Positions 13,451 to 27,859 are shown, counted from the first letter of the stretch. The stretch: 64,000 nucleotides of DNA from Eledone cirrhosa (GCA_964016885.1 OZ024741.1:178994001-179058000), one strand, 5' to 3'. Made by a program: numbers and translations. The notes: generated by a model not told the origin, from the letters alone.

Positions 13451-14509
13451 TGGGTAACCCCTGCTTGCAAAGGAAGACGTAAGATTTTCTTTTATATCTT
13501 TTTATCGTTTCCTCTATATTTCCTTCTTCCCCCATCCCTTCCTAGTCCTTCCACCCCAGTTCTCCTTCTTTGTTGTCGTCCTTTTCACTTTCTCGCCCAC
13601 CCCCATCCTCTATTCTATGATAGAATTGACCGACTCCGCTTTTTATAGCAGATGTGATAGACCCCAGATACTTGGTTTCTTATCCGATGGCTGCCCCATT
13701 TCCGTGCTTTCTACATTTCTCAGTGGTATCTCTGCTTTAGTTTCTCGTATATCAGTATTTATTTTTTTTTGGGGGGGGGGGGGGGATTCTGAATTAATTT
13801 CCCGTATCAATGTTTCATATATATCGTATGAGTATTTATGTAGCTTGTACTAGAATTTTTGTATCGTAGCGGCACCCTTTTATATCGTATTAGTATTCTT
13901 TTTCGGGATTCTGAATTATTATTTCGTATTAGTTTCGGGACTCTGAATTATTATTTCGTAGTAGTTTCTTTAGTATTTTGGCCCCCTACTTGTTGACCTG
14001 TCACTGTAAGATATACTTGGTTGATTACTACTAACTCATAAAATTCTCTCACTACAATTCCGTCCCACCTAGTAAACTTTTCTATAGTTTAGCAGTACCA
14101 GTGAGAGACTTGATAGCTGTCCTTAGGTTATAGTAACCAGAAATTGTTTTTTTTATATTTTTAACATTCTTATTATTCTTCTATATTTTTACTCCATATT
14201 GATTTACTTATTGTTTCGACTTCCTCCTCCTCCCCCTCCCCCTCCCTAGTATACTTGCTTGACCTCCTGCCCTTAGGATCCTGCTGTAGTTGGCACTATC
14301 AACGCACGACTGGGTTTCCTCCACTCCCTCTCCCTCTTTCTTCTACTGGCAGGTTCAGCTACCCCTTCCTTCCACAAATTGCCATGATAGAATTATGTGT
14401 CTCAACAACAAACTTTTGACCAATCCTTGTGACAATCACTTTTACCATATATGGAATTACCCCCTGAGAAGCTCGGCTATTCATATACCAGGATAAAAAT
14501 TTTCATTTA

Positions 14510-14564
14510 GTCCAGAATTAGCCGTCGAAACGGCTTGAGCTCAGCCGTCGGGGTCCTACTCGTT

Positions 14565-14568
<4 letters not shown>
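14510..14568 (+). mobile_element. Family X right arm only
   Basis: gtccagaattagccgtcgaaacggcttgagctcagccgtcggggtcc, then (TA)n. Confidence 0.75.
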
Positions 14569-14653
<85 letters not shown>

Positions 14654-14802
14654 TAAAAGAGAAATCACAGGTAAGCATTAAGAGAAGGATTTTATCCAGA
14701 TATTTACGACCGTTTCATTGGTAAGTGCAACCTTATATTGCTATACTGCAAATAGCAGCCACTCAATTATAATTGTTGCTCACAGTCCAAATTTTCAAAA
14801 TA

Positions 14803-14868
<66 letters not shown>

Positions 14869-14883
14869 TATAAATATATATAT

Positions 14884-15050
14884 AACTTCGATAACTTTGA
14901 TAGGTTTCGACCAGTATTTGCCCAGGTCATGTCTAACTTAATAGCACCACGTGGCGAAGTTTTTGAAATCTTGATTTGGAAACCATGGTCCACTCAAGTA
15001 GAGAGTTATTGTTTTCAGAGACATATTAGGGTGTAGGGGGTTTGTCCAGA
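14884..15050 (-). mobile_element. 3' end of the same CR1-group LINE family as 47314-49818
   Basis: The reverse complement aligns with ~49667-49818 (ggacaaacc..cttcgcca.gtggtgctattaagttagacatg..aatactgg..tcaaagtta). It ends in (TA)n. Confidence 0.9.
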
Positions 15051-15252
15051 ACTTCTTGTCCGAAGACGTTTTAAATTATATGGGCTATATATCTGTTTAT
15101 ATATATATATAAACCACGTGCTTTTAAACGCAAACAAACTTATATATATACTGTTGACCATGTTATTCTTCACTCTTTCACTATATATATATACATAGAA
15201 GTGGTTACACAACAGTTAGTTCACCATACCGAGAACAATTGTTTCACCTTAG

Positions 15253-15321
<69 letters not shown>

Positions 15322-15498
15322 CAAGTGTTTGTTTGCTAAAAAGAGGTGATGTGAGTATGTGGAATATGCGGCTGTATATACGTTATTTTCGAAAGCAGGA
15401 TGTTCCATTGTTCTCAACAGCTTGAACATTTGTCGTGGGGAATTACGGAAATGCAACACACACTTGAATAATTATATACATACATATATATTTACATT

Positions 15499-15576
<78 letters not shown>

Positions 15577-15791
15577 GGTTTGAGGTTCACCACTGTATAG
15601 AGCTGGTCTATTCCGTATGGTCAATCGTAATGCAATAATATAGAGAGTACTCAACGTAAAGCAGTTCAACCGTCTTTGTTTTTGTAGTTGGTGGTGCTAT
15701 TACGGAGTTAAATATTATAATGAAATGACAGGAGGCTGGATTTGTGTAAAACCTTTCAAGGATTTACACAAATCCAGCCTCCTGTCATTTC

Positions 15792-15837
<46 letters not shown>

Positions 15838-15939
15838 GAGGGAGAGTGAGAGAGAGAGAGACAAAGCGCCAAAGTAAGATATATAGATATGTGTTTGTGT
15901 GTGTGTAAATATATATATTATATATAGACACACAAACAC

Positions 15940-16051
<112 letters not shown>

Positions 16052-16371
16052 TAGATTCAATAGCTTCATATGTTTTATAAACGAAATTGACTTTTTGCAT
16101 TCTCGATGTATTATAGGTTATATTTTATATTCATATTCCTTCGTGTTTTAGGTTTAATATTGATTTCAAAATATTCATACTCACTTTCGTCTTGTTTTCT
16201 CTTTGGTCCAATAGACTATATAGCTGGTATTGCATTTTATATATATATCCACACACACACTCTGCGTCCATTCTAAAAGGCTGTAGGACATAAACAATTA
16301 ATAAAAATGCCCGCGGATACACACACACCCATGTATATATATATATATATACATGCATGGGTGGTTCAAAA

Positions 16372-16520
16372 GCTATAGCTGAGTTCGAATCTATCTGTTG
16401 AAACGATCGGAGATCAGCCGTCGGGGAGCCGAATTTTTCATATTACCCACTCCACTACCCCAAGTATTGAGTACTCTGGTGAGTAATGGTCTAACTGGTT
16501 TTTACCACATTCATTCCAAT
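16372..16520 (+). mobile_element. Family X, diverged right arm plus tail
   Basis: cagccgtcgggg..tattacccactccactaccccaagtattgagtactctggtg..ctggtttttaccaca. Confidence 0.65.
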
Positions 16521-16656
16521 ATATATATATAGTAATAATAATAAATTTGAAAACTAAAATCCAAAGAGGGCTCGATAAGGATAAATATATATCAAATATT
16601 ATATATTTGATATATATTTATCCTTATCGAGCCGTAGAACCGTAGAGCAAAAATTT

Positions 16657-16900
16657 GCGTGGTTTTGTCTTTGCGTGTAATTGTTCTCACGCCCCACATA
16701 ATGACGTATTATCTTCGTTTTTTTCGTTCATTGCCAGAGAATGTCTCCATGAACCACCTAATAGAATATTAGTCTACGACTTCATTTATACCATAAACGT
16801 GGTTTTGTCTTTGCGCGTAATTGTTTTCACCTTTCCAAATAATGACGTATTATCTTCGTTTTTTTTTTCGTTCTTTGCCAGGAACGTTTCCACGAACCAA
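16657..16900. repeat. Two-copy ~141 bp direct repeat
   Basis: cgtggttttgtctttgcg.gtaattgtt..ataatgacgtattatcttcgttttttt..ttgccag occurs at ~16658 and ~16798. Confidence 0.75.
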
Positions 16901-17044
16901 AGTATCGTCTTCATGTCTTCCTTCGGTTGCAACGTTTTTTGAAATATTCACTTCTGCGTTCATAGATTGACTTTTTTAGTTTCAGAAGATCCCATTAAGG
17001 GTGAAAGCAGCGATTCTTTGCTTAAACTTTAATCTGTTATTTTA

Positions 17045-17130
<86 letters not shown>

Positions 17131-17162
17131 TAAATGGAAACTATCTTTATAAAACAATATTT

Positions 17163-17221
17163 ATTTTATTATATATATTTCAAGGGTACCAACATTTTGG
17201 TACACTCTCATCAGATAAAAT
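17163..17221 (-). ncRNA. Type I hammerhead ribozyme (paralogue of 7364-7426)
   Basis: Minus strand: attttat-CTGATGA-gagtgtaccaa aatg ttggtaccctt-GAAA-tatata-TA-ataaaat. The flanks are also homologous to ~7325-7455. Confidence 0.88.
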
Positions 17222-17384
17222 ACAAAAGTTGTTTTACAGATAGTGACATGACATATTCAAAACTAGAACTTAAAGTTTTGAGTTCTGTTTGAATAGAGTG
17301 CTTCTAATCTGCTATAAACTTAATTTGTTGAATAATCAGCAATAACTCAGTGCTTATATATATATATATGTGTGTGTATATACG

Positions 17385-17505
17385 ACCGGTTTTCTGCACA
17401 GTTACAGGTCTCAAACATTTACTCACAAGGTCAACCAGGGACTACAGTGGAAGATTGAAACCAAAACCACGTAGTTTACAAAGCGAACACTTTAGCCATG
17501 TAGCT
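17385..17505 (-). mobile_element. tRNA-derived SINE, family C (degenerate)
   Basis: actcacaagg..cagtgg..ttgaaaccaaaaccacgtag..ttagccatg. Related degenerate copies lie at ~20165-20290, 29855-29970, 36090-36210 and 63740-63880, all in the same orientation. Confidence 0.6.
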
Positions 17506-17510
17506 ATACA

Positions 17511-17660
<150 letters not shown>

Positions 17661-18560
17661 CAATCTGTGTGCATGTGTGCGTAAACAAAGATTCATATTT
17701 ATAAAATTAGCTTGTTTCTTTGCACTATTCCTTTTATACGCAATTCCAACTATAAGCATAAACCCCACATCCACCTCACCCCACCCATGGGCACATAAAT
17801 CCCGATGGTGTCTTAGGAGAGCCGTAATTATATACGGTGTGTCTTGAGAATTTAAACTCGGCGATGTCCATCCCTTTACAGGCGATTTGTTAGATAGAGA
17901 GAGGGGGATGTGAGGAGATATAGAGGAGGAAAAATCGATCCCAGTACTGGACTGTTTCTTTATTTTATAGACTTCGATAAGATGAAAATTAAAGTTAAAG
18001 CATTTGAACGCAGAGTGGAGTGAGCCGAAGTGAACACAGCAAAGCATTCCATCGGACGTTCTCGGGACTTAGTTACCAAATCGCCAATGATAGCATGGTC
18101 AGAAATATCAATTATACATCGGAACCGATGCAAGAAGAAGAGGAAAACGCATTGAAATATTAAAGCATAGAATTAATTTTATGGATATTACCGAAATAGA
18201 TTTAATTCCTTTGTATTTTAGTTATCAATTAGGGAAAGCAATGAATACATGTGAAACCAGTAATAAACTTAATGCAATTCGAAATAATAGCGTTTATCAT
18301 ACGTTAGATAAGTAGCAATTAAATTATACAATTGCACACAAGGCTAGATTGCATCTGCTTGTACGTGCATCGTGCATATAAATTATATTATTGGAAAAAT
18401 TGCCTTGGAAACCAATCAACCAATAACATCTTTTCATAGATATTCAAGATGTCAGGTCCAAACACAACCGATTTACGATATATTTGTCATTTGAAATATT
18501 GTGGATGGTATCAAATAAAACTGGAATGCTTCGAAGGCTCATTGTCGTGTATTATTTTAA

Positions 18561-19260
18561 TTGGATTGGCAGTATCGGTAGAGGGTCGGACGCCATGCTT
18601 ACCAGCATAGTTACGTCCCTTTACAATCTGAGTTCAAATCCCGCCGAGGTTGACTTTGCCTTTCATCCTTACGGGGTCGATAAAATAAAGTACCAGTAAT
18701 GCACTGGGTAATTGCTGGCCTTGTGCCTAAAGTAGAAACCATTATTTTAATAACTTTCAATATAACATGTAAATATAGGCGGACAGAGAATTTCAAATAT
18801 ATTTCAAGAAGGCATTCGTTAGTGAAGGATCTATAGCGTTAGATATAATCTCATGCGGAAGGTAATATCCTAAAGAAGGTGGTGAACTAGCAGGGTCGTT
18901 AGGGCGTAAGATTGATAATGCTTTTGTATTTGTTCCGACTCACTGAGCTCTAGGTTAAAATCCTGCAGGTGTCGACTTTTCCTTTCATCATTACATCAAT
19001 ATATAAAGTACCAGTCCAGTACGATTCTTATATTTATTATATATATATTATATTATATTTTTATATATATGGGCGGTGGATTGGCAGTATCAGTAGAGGG
19101 TCGTACGCCATGCTTTCTAGCATAGTTACGTCCCTTTACGATCTGAGTTCAAATCCCGCCGAGGTTGACTTTGCCTTTCATCCTTACGGGGTCGATAAAA
19201 TAAAGTACCAGTAATGCACTGGGTAATTGCTGGCCTTGTGCCTAAAATAGAAACAATTAT
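18561..19260 (+). mobile_element. Three family A SINE copies (18561-18745, ~18880-19020 degenerate, 19072-19260)
   Basis: The first and third are near-identical to 8641-8832. Confidence 0.85.
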
Positions 19261-19392
19261 ATTTTTATATATCTGTATATAACAGCATATGTGTATATAC
19301 GAAGTATATATAATTATTTATTCACTTTTAGTATATAGATATGTAAATATACCATATATACATATTTCCCTGTAAATTGAAAAAGGAATAAA

Positions 19393-19440
19393 CACCTTTT
19401 AACATGTTTTCAAACCTAGTTGGGTTTTCATCAGAAGGCA
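19393..19440 (-). ncRNA. Minimal type I hammerhead ribozyme
   Basis: Minus strand: tgcctt-CTGATGA-aaacc caacta ggttt-GAAA-acatgt-TA-aaaggtg. Stem III is palindromic (ACAUGU) and stem I has a 1-nt bulge. Upstream on the same strand, IIYSGSLAPSYNLN* (~19630-19586) weakly resembles a PLE GIY-YIG terminus. Confidence 0.8.
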
Positions 19441-22099
19441 TGTATATCATCCAAACAACTATAAAGAAACTATAAAGAAACTATAAAGAAATAGTTAATG
19501 GGCATATCTTGCCACTTATAGTTGTATCTTGAAATTGAAATGGACATATTAATTTGCATATCATTAGCGCTCATGTTGATAATTAATTAAGGTTATATGA
19601 AGGTGCTAAAGAGCCTGAGTATATGATAAAGTTATATATACACAATAGAAGTAACAGGTTAATTTTTTCAATTTAAAGGAAAGAATGTATATTTGGCATG
19701 CTATATACTAAAAATATATAAATTCATATTGATATAACGCATTCCAGGATACTTCTATTCTGTATGTAGACAGATATAACTTCTGGCACTTGTTGTCAAG
19801 TGAATGAACTGGATCGAAGTAACATGAAGGACACAATTCATAAACTTGTTGTAAGCCCGCACCTTAAACAAGTGACTTTTGAAAAAAATTCAAAAACAAT
19901 TTTTCGTCTGTCCTTCCCCTAAAATTAAGTTGTTTTGTACCAAAGGGAAGATTGTACTTTCCGACTATGCAAGCGGAGTAGCCGAAATGGTAGTGTATGA
20001 TAGATACTAGATTCAAATGTCACTATATCTTTCAGGGCTTGATATTTTAAAGTACGATTCAAGTACTGGTGTCGATATAGTATACTATATTTGACCCTAG
20101 CAATATTTGACCTAGTATCTAACTCAGAAATCAATAACATACGCTTCGGAACAGCGTCGGAGAAACCGCACAATTTCTTTCTACCAAATTTCTCTCCCAT
20201 GTCAAACTCATTAGAAGACACTTTGTCACAGCATCGCACTGTGGCATCGAATCAGAGACCACGTGGTTGCGAAGCGGACACCTTAACAGTAAGTCAACCT
20301 TCTATCCAATAGCTCTCACCTCGCACAGGATATTTGATACGGTGATTTATCTGAAATCCAATCCAATTCAATTTTACTTAAAATAGGAATATATTATTCA
20401 TATTCTGGCGTGTTTGTGAATATATAACACTCTTTTCTCTTCGCCTAACACAAGGCTTTTTATTTCCTTTTTTAATATTTAATAAAATCGACTAATCTCA
20501 CCTCTTTCTCTTGTCGATAAGTGTTTAGCTGGTCCTAGAAAGATCAACGTTCACAGCAGCAGTATTTAAACTCTGATCTGAGAGAAAGGAATCTAAATGC
20601 TTTTAGTCCGACGCTCTGGTACATTGGCTATACTTATGCATATTAATTATTTAAATGAATTCACAAGAATAAAACATGTATTAATACTCGCACTCATTTG
20701 CTAGGTGTAAAGGATACTATAACTGTTGCCAATTTACGAAAGGCGGTATTCATGCACTGCGTACATGAGGGCAGCAGGGCGTACTATTACCGATGTATTT
20801 CTTTGCTTTTAGTTATAACAAAAGAACTTCAAGAGGTAGTGAACCGAACAAATGCTGTCAGCGATTTAATCTGATATTCCAACTGCAGGATAGTATGATA
20901 CAGTTTAAAATTGTATTTTTCAAGGTATATTATAAATATCAAAAACTAATTCCATTATAGTTTTGCGGGTTTCACCTTTTAGTCAGCGAATTGTTATATA
21001 GGTACATAAATTTAGTTACGTATTATTATGTGAAATGAGGAGAGTGAAAACACTTTTAGCGGAGTAATCCAACTCGATCCAAAACACGAGTCAGCTTGTT
21101 CCTTCTTGTTAACTCTACAAACAAATAGTTAACTCTTAACACTCTGTAATGATCTAGCAGAAGATCTCTAAAAGTAGAATAAAGAGATTACTATTTAATT
21201 TGATGCAGTTATAATGTTATTTTGTACTTTGCAAGAATATATTGCTAATGTGATTTCATGTGGTTTGTTACTTCAAATGTTTACAGTATCTTTAGTAGGA
21301 GATAGATTGTCGTGAAAATTTGCAGTAAACTAAAGTAACCTTTTTGTTTTTAATGTGAGGAAATTATAGTATTGCTTGTACTTTTAAGAATGTCTTGCTA
21401 TTAAGGTCTCGTGTGATACAGGATGTTAAGAGTTAAATTAGATATTTACATGTGACAGTATGTTTGTTTACACAACTTCAGGTGAATCTTGTACTGTTTC
21501 TTTATTTATATTTATGCTAGGAGCTATTAATTATCGACTGGATATTGAAGAAGAATAGTAGAAGGGATAAAGATAAGGGCAAAAGGGGCCTGCAGTAGTT
21601 ATGTGTTCTGTTTAAATCCTTCCTGGGTTCAATACAATACGTACCAGTTAAGTACTCCTATTGATCTTATCAACTATGTATGTATAGACATGTAACTCTT
21701 CATGGAGTCGTAGGATCAACGTAGTGATATACTGTCTTGGGCATTTAAACCTGGCTGAGCCCATCCATCTCTAGATATAAACACAGCTGATTTTTTCCAG
21801 AGAATGAAAGAGAGAGGGATGAAAAGCAGAGAGAAAGAGTGACTGAGTGAGTGAGAGAATGAATGAGATATAGTGGAAGAATCCACTGGTATTTACTTTC
21901 GCCCCTTAAAGGGTGAAAGGTAAAGCTGATCTCGGTGGGATTTGAATTCAGAGCACAGAGTGCTGGATTGAATATCGCAAAGCATTCTATCTGACGTGTG
22001 ATCGAATCTGCCAGTTCGCCGCTCCTATCAATTATACCATTCACAAAATTGTTTAGCCGTATGTCTATCTAAGAAATTATTATTTAACATATAAAAATA

Positions 22100-22490
22100 G
22101 CGGTGGATTGGCAGTATCGGTAGAGTCGGACACCATGCTTTGCAGCATAGAGTTGCGTTCCTTTACGGTCTAAGTTCAAATCCAGCCGAGGTTAACTTTG
22201 CCTTTCATCCTTGCGGGGTCGATAAAATAAAGCACCAGTAACGTACTGGGTCGATTTAATTGACTTTCCTCCCCCCCCCCAAAAAAAAAATTACTGGCCT
22301 TGTGCCTATACTAGAAATCATTAGAGGGTCGGACGCCATGCTTTGACGCATAGAGTTACGGCCCTTGCCATTCTGAGTTCAAATCCCGCCGAGGTTAACT
22401 TTGCCTTTCATCCTTACGGGGTCGATAAAATAAAGTACCAGTAATACACTGGGAAATTGCTGGCCTTGTGCCAAAAGTAGAAACAATTAT
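22100..22490 (+). mobile_element. Family A SINE dimer (long copy plus 5'-truncated short copy) inside one target-site duplication
   Basis: attatttaacatataaaa flanks the pair at ~22079 and ~22486. Confidence 0.8.
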
Positions 22491-22508
22491 TTAACATATA
22501 AAAGTGAA

Positions 22509-22540
<32 letters not shown>

Positions 22541-24351
22541 AGTCCATGGTTTTACATCCAGGTAGCTGAAATTCTGCTTAGGGGCCAATCTTTACAAGGC
22601 GTTGATCATAGGCTGTGTTACTAATTCAGAAGTAGTTTTTTTTTTTAGCTTCAGTATGAAAAACCAAATACGAATATATTGTATATCCCTCAAGCACTGC
22701 AATAGACATTGGGAAAAGTTAAAAAATAATTCATTTACAGTAATTATGTAAATTGATACATTTTGAAAACCAACAAGAAAATAAAATATTATTTTAGATT
22801 ATAAAGTTGTATGAATATTTTATTTATTTTATTTTATTTTTGCTCGTTTTAAGAAGCTCAATTTCAGCCATCGTTTTGGATAGCTTCGATGCAACATTTC
22901 TGCGTTAATCAAAATTCTGCGAACCAACTAAAGATTGTCTGCATCTTTTTTTAAAGTAATTTATCAAAGCTATAGCGAATTGATGTGATTGTATTTATTT
23001 TTAGGTATTGATTTTGTTTTTGTTTTTGTTTTCGTTTCCGACAAAGAGTGTTCCAGTTCTTCGCCCAACAATACCGACTGCTCGTGAAGTTAACATGCAA
23101 ATGGTTGAACATTTCACAAATTCATGTACCCTTAATGCATTTTTAAAAATGATTCGGCATCACACAGTGTGTGACAAGACTGGTCCTTTAAATCACAGCT
23201 ACAACTGGTTTTGCGATCGTTAACCGAACATCCTAAACTCTAAGCCACGCGCTTTTATATTTTTGTTATTATTAAATCCGGGAAAGACCAGTTACTGTCG
23301 ATAGTTATATATAAACTTTAAAAGTGATGGTGTGGAAACACTGATAGTGCGGCTGCCCTTCCATACATTCTATTCTTGGGCCCACTTCCTGTGTATTCAA
23401 CTTTGCGTATTCTTTTCCACCAGAGTCGATAATACTAGCTTTACTCATTTAGTGATTGATGCAATTGAATATTCTCCCACATCAACGTGTATGTGACCCT
23501 GTATTAATCTAATAAAACAGTACTTATAAAAATACTTAAAATCTTCCCCCCTTGGACACAATAGATATAATGCATGATATTGAATCAGTCGATACACGCT
23601 TTTGTATTAAACTTAGCCATTTATTTCATCAAAGCCTATGAATAATATTAATATACCTGAAAAGATAGCGAATAACGAAAACGAATTGGGGGAGAGGCAG
23701 AGCCATTTAAAAAGTCAAACACGAATCACTTATGACTGATGAATTATTGAACGTGAAATTCATGTATAATTACATTGTTTAGAAATGTTCAAATTCAATA
23801 TCGAAGCCACAAGCTAAGTAGTTAAGTTTCCTGAACTTGACTTGCAATTAGCGGTCATCTGCCGAATATCTTTTCCTTTATGCGTTGAACAATGCTATAT
23901 TGTCTGCTTAAAAAGCCGTGTTTTTCACCATATCCACTGGTCTTCTTCCGTCCAATCATAGAAAAGAGAAATATTGAGAGATTTTTCTTCCGCCAAATCA
24001 GTAAGACACTTTTCAAAATATCTTCCAAGTCTTGAATTATATTCCCAGAGTTCATTGATATAATTGAGATGTTCAATGACTATAATATTTTAAATGCAAA
24101 ACCTGTAGGATTCCGTCGCACGAACAGCTGCCTGAATGATGTTAGGGAAGTTCAACATTGCAGCAGTAGTTTCAGTTAAATACACACTAATTAAACTTTA
24201 AATCCATTTCCATGTCAGATATAACTCTTTTCATATTATAACAAAGACTAGAATAATAGACGATTTTATCATCACAAGCCAGCAGGCTAACATTGACGTA
24301 GTTGCTCGACCTGTACAATGTAGCTTCGTAAATATCTCTCTCTCTCTCTCT

Positions 24352-24414
<63 letters not shown>

Positions 24415-25320
24415 ATTATATATCCGTCTCTTTGGATAACCTCCTAACCTTTTCAAATTCTAAATATTCGTACAGCACGCCCACATTATTGTACAGAAGG
24501 TCACAGCTTGACAGTTGAGGAAAAAGCAGAAGTTAGAATCACGCCGAGCAGGGTATATCTTAAACCAAAAGTAAAATTTAAAGAATTAAGAGGCACGGGA
24601 GGAGCGAAAAGCAGTGCAGAATAAACAAAAAAATGTGAAATTAAAAACATATTTAAGAAATAAAAACAAAAATAAAACTAAAATATTACTAAATAAAATA
24701 ACCAATCAGATTAGAATTAATTTATGCAATGCCAAATCTGTTCGTCATAGATAACATCTCAAACAGGAAGTATTGGCGGCACTATTCAACATCAAGTAAA
24801 ACTATTCAAATAACAATTAGTAAGGGTTTTCAGAATCAACTAAAATTAATATTTTAACTTCAGAAGAATGGTTGATTGGCAGAATTGGTAGAGCGGTATT
24901 TACATTCTGAGTTCAAATCCCACGGGGATCAACTTTGCCTTTCTTTCTTCGGGGGTGGATAAATAAAGTATCTATCAAGTACTAGGGTGGATTTAATGAA
25001 ATTTGTCATTTCCCTAAAATTTACTAGCCTTGTACTTAGATATCAACACTTTTAGCATGAGAATAGGAATCGATTCAACGTTATATTGCAGCAACTTACA
25101 TGCTAGTAGGGCGGTGAATTGACAGAGTCGTTAGAACGTCGGATACAATGCTGTACTCAGGCCTGGAGAGGGATAGGCTCCGCCAGGCGTAAAATGCCCA
25201 AGAAACGCCGTATGTCAATACGGCGCCCCTACGACTCTATCAGGAGTTACGGGACTATACATACATGCGAGTATTCTCTTGAAATTATATTCAAAAGTTA
25301 TGCATTAATTATTGCTAGAA

Positions 25321-25683
25321 GATAGTATAGATAAAGATAGTATAGATAAAGATAGTATAGATAAAGATAGTATAGATAAAGATAGTATAGATAAAGATAG
25401 TATAGATAAAGATAGTATAGATAAAGATAGTATAGATAAAGATAGTATAAATAAAGATAGTATAAATAAAGATAGTATAAATAAAGATAGTATAGATAAA
25501 GATAGTATAGATAAAGATAGTATAGATAAAGATAGTATAGATAAAGATAGTATAGATAAAGATAGTATAGATAAAGATAGTATAGATAAAGATAGTATAA
25601 ATAAAGATAGTATAGATAAAGATAGTATAGATAAAGATAGTATAGATAAAGATAGTATAGATAAAGATAGTATAGATAAAGAT
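25321..25683. repeat. 15-bp minisatellite (gatagtatagataaa) x24
   Basis: Near-perfect tandem array; four units carry the variant gatagtataaataaa. Confidence 0.97.
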
Positions 25684-26346
25684 CTCACGTTGACAACAGT
25701 GGTTCTCGTCCAATTGCTGAAATTAAGCAACATCGAGCCTAATTAGTACTTAGATCGGTGATCAGTCATCCTTTCAGGATTTATATATAAATACTAGTCC
25801 AGCATTTTAGATTCTTCTGAAGATGAAATTATTTTGACAACAAAATGTGTGAGTCGCTTCAGCTTTTGAGCTAAGGACGAACTCATCATTACTAGAATTA
25901 TATTTATGGTAAACACCTGTAGCAGGGTTTCCTAAACAATAAGTTACGCCATAATACAGTATTGTCATTAAACTGATAAACGTATTGCAAAAGCAATCTG
26001 CACGCTTGATAGTGCGTTAATCCGATATTCTTATTGACGTTGACTAAGAAGTAGACATACATTTTCTCTGCTATATCTTCTCCACTGCTTACTCACCTTA
26101 TTTTATCAATTCGAGAAAGATCCATTAGCCAATTTCTCTTAATCTTTCTTCAAAAAGACAGCAATGAATATAGAAAATGAAAATAGACAGTTGTGAAATT
26201 CTCAATGACAGAAATAATAATAAGTAAGCTAATTTCAAGAAGAAAAAGTAGCTGCATAATACATCTACATGATAATTGTTTCTTGCGTAAATAACGATGC
26301 TTTACTTTACCAATGAGAACATATGTAAAGTTGTGAGGTTTTAGAC

Positions 26347-26580
26347 ATTTTTCTTTTTCTTTTTTTTTCTTTTTTTCTTTTTTTCTTTTTTTCTTTTTTT
26401 CTTTTTTTCTTTTTTTCTTTTTTTCTTTTTTTCTTTTTTTCCTTTTTTTCTTTTTTCCTTTTTTCTTTTTTTCTTTTTTTTCTTTTTTTCTTTTTTTTCT
26501 TTTTTTTCTTTTTTTCTTTTTTCTTTTTTTTTCTTTTTTCTTTTTTTCTTTTCTTTTTTTCTTTTTTTCTTTTTTCTTTG
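26347..26580. repeat. Polypyrimidine (T5-8C)n tract
   Basis: Directly visible. Confidence 0.95.
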
Positions 26581-26923
26581 CAATGAGGCTATAAAAAGAT
26601 ATGTAATCTTTCCAAAAGGAAAATGAATTTCGTTTCGAATTCGGTCGCCTGCCAGTATTTTCCGCTTTACTACACTGAGTTAAAATAAATAATTTACAAT
26701 AAATCTCATATATAACATTATTGCGACATTATCTAAGCCTGAAATGCGGTTGCATTCATATGAATATATAATTTTATTCTTTTACTGGTTTCAGTCATTA
26801 GACTGCCGCCATGCTGGGTCATCACCTTGAAGGGATATGTTCATCATATCAACCCCAGTACGTGTTTCATTTTGTAGAAACAATAAGTTACGGGACACAC
26901 ACACACATACACACACACACACA

Positions 26924-26985
<62 letters not shown>

Positions 26986-26987
<2 letters not shown>

Positions 26988-27416
26988 GGAAAATGTTCAA
27001 AACCCCGACGGCAGAGCTCAAGCCGTTTCGACGGCTATTTCAGAAATAGCCGTCGCGTCGAAACGCCTTGAGCTCTGCCGTCGGGGTGGGTCTTGAACAT
27101 TTTCCTATTACCCCACTCTACTACCCTAAGTATTGAGTAATACGGTGCGTTATGGTCCATCTGGTTCCTTACCACACTTCCTTTTTTATATATATATATA
27201 TATATAGGAAAATAGTCAGGACCCCGACGGCAGAGCTCAACCCGTTGCGACGGCTATTTCAGGACCAGAAATAGATCCAGGAATCGGTCCAGAAATTGCC
27301 GTCAAAACGGCTTGAGCTCTGCTGTCGGGGTCCTATTACCCACTCTACTACCCAAAGTATAGAGCACTCTAGTGCGTTATGGTCCACCTGGGTTCCTTAC
27401 CACACTTCCTTCGTTA
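26986..27416 (+). mobile_element. Two complete family X elements in tandem (26986-27187, 27204-27416)
   Basis: Each is a ~55-60 bp left arm, a short spacer, an inverted right arm and an ~80 bp tail. (TA)n separates and flanks them. Confidence 0.85.
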
Positions 27417-27576
27417 TATATATATATATATTATATATATATATATAGTATATATATATATATATATATGTATGTATATATATATAGTGTATGTATATAT
27501 ATATATATAGTATAGTGTTGTATATATATATAGTATAGTAGATATGTATGTATATATATATATATATATATGTATG

Positions 27577-27616
<40 letters not shown>

Positions 27617-27630
27617 TATGTATATATTAG

Positions 27631-27664
<34 letters not shown>

Positions 27665-27718
27665 TGTATGTATTATATATTATATATAGTATAATGTATG
27701 TATGTATGTATATATATA

Positions 27719-27859
<141 letters not shown>

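Noticed and set aside
14455-14500. Possible hammerhead at the end of the second PLE fragment (ccctgagaagctcgg)
   Set aside because: The core is not CUGANGA and no GAAA/stem III follows.
14700-14775. Minus-strand gaaacggtc half-hammerhead
   Set aside because: The CUGANGA half is missing.
23855-24200. Coding-like minus-strand stretch
   Set aside because: Frames are short with stops, and I recognise no domain or splice pattern.
25305-25746. DKDSI / SILSL / YTIFI repeat ORFs and CRISPR-like periodicity
   Set aside because: This is a 15-bp tandem repeat with no unique spacers; the ORFs are by-products.
26341-26583. Lys-rich ORF
   Set aside because: It is the translation of a (T)nC tract.
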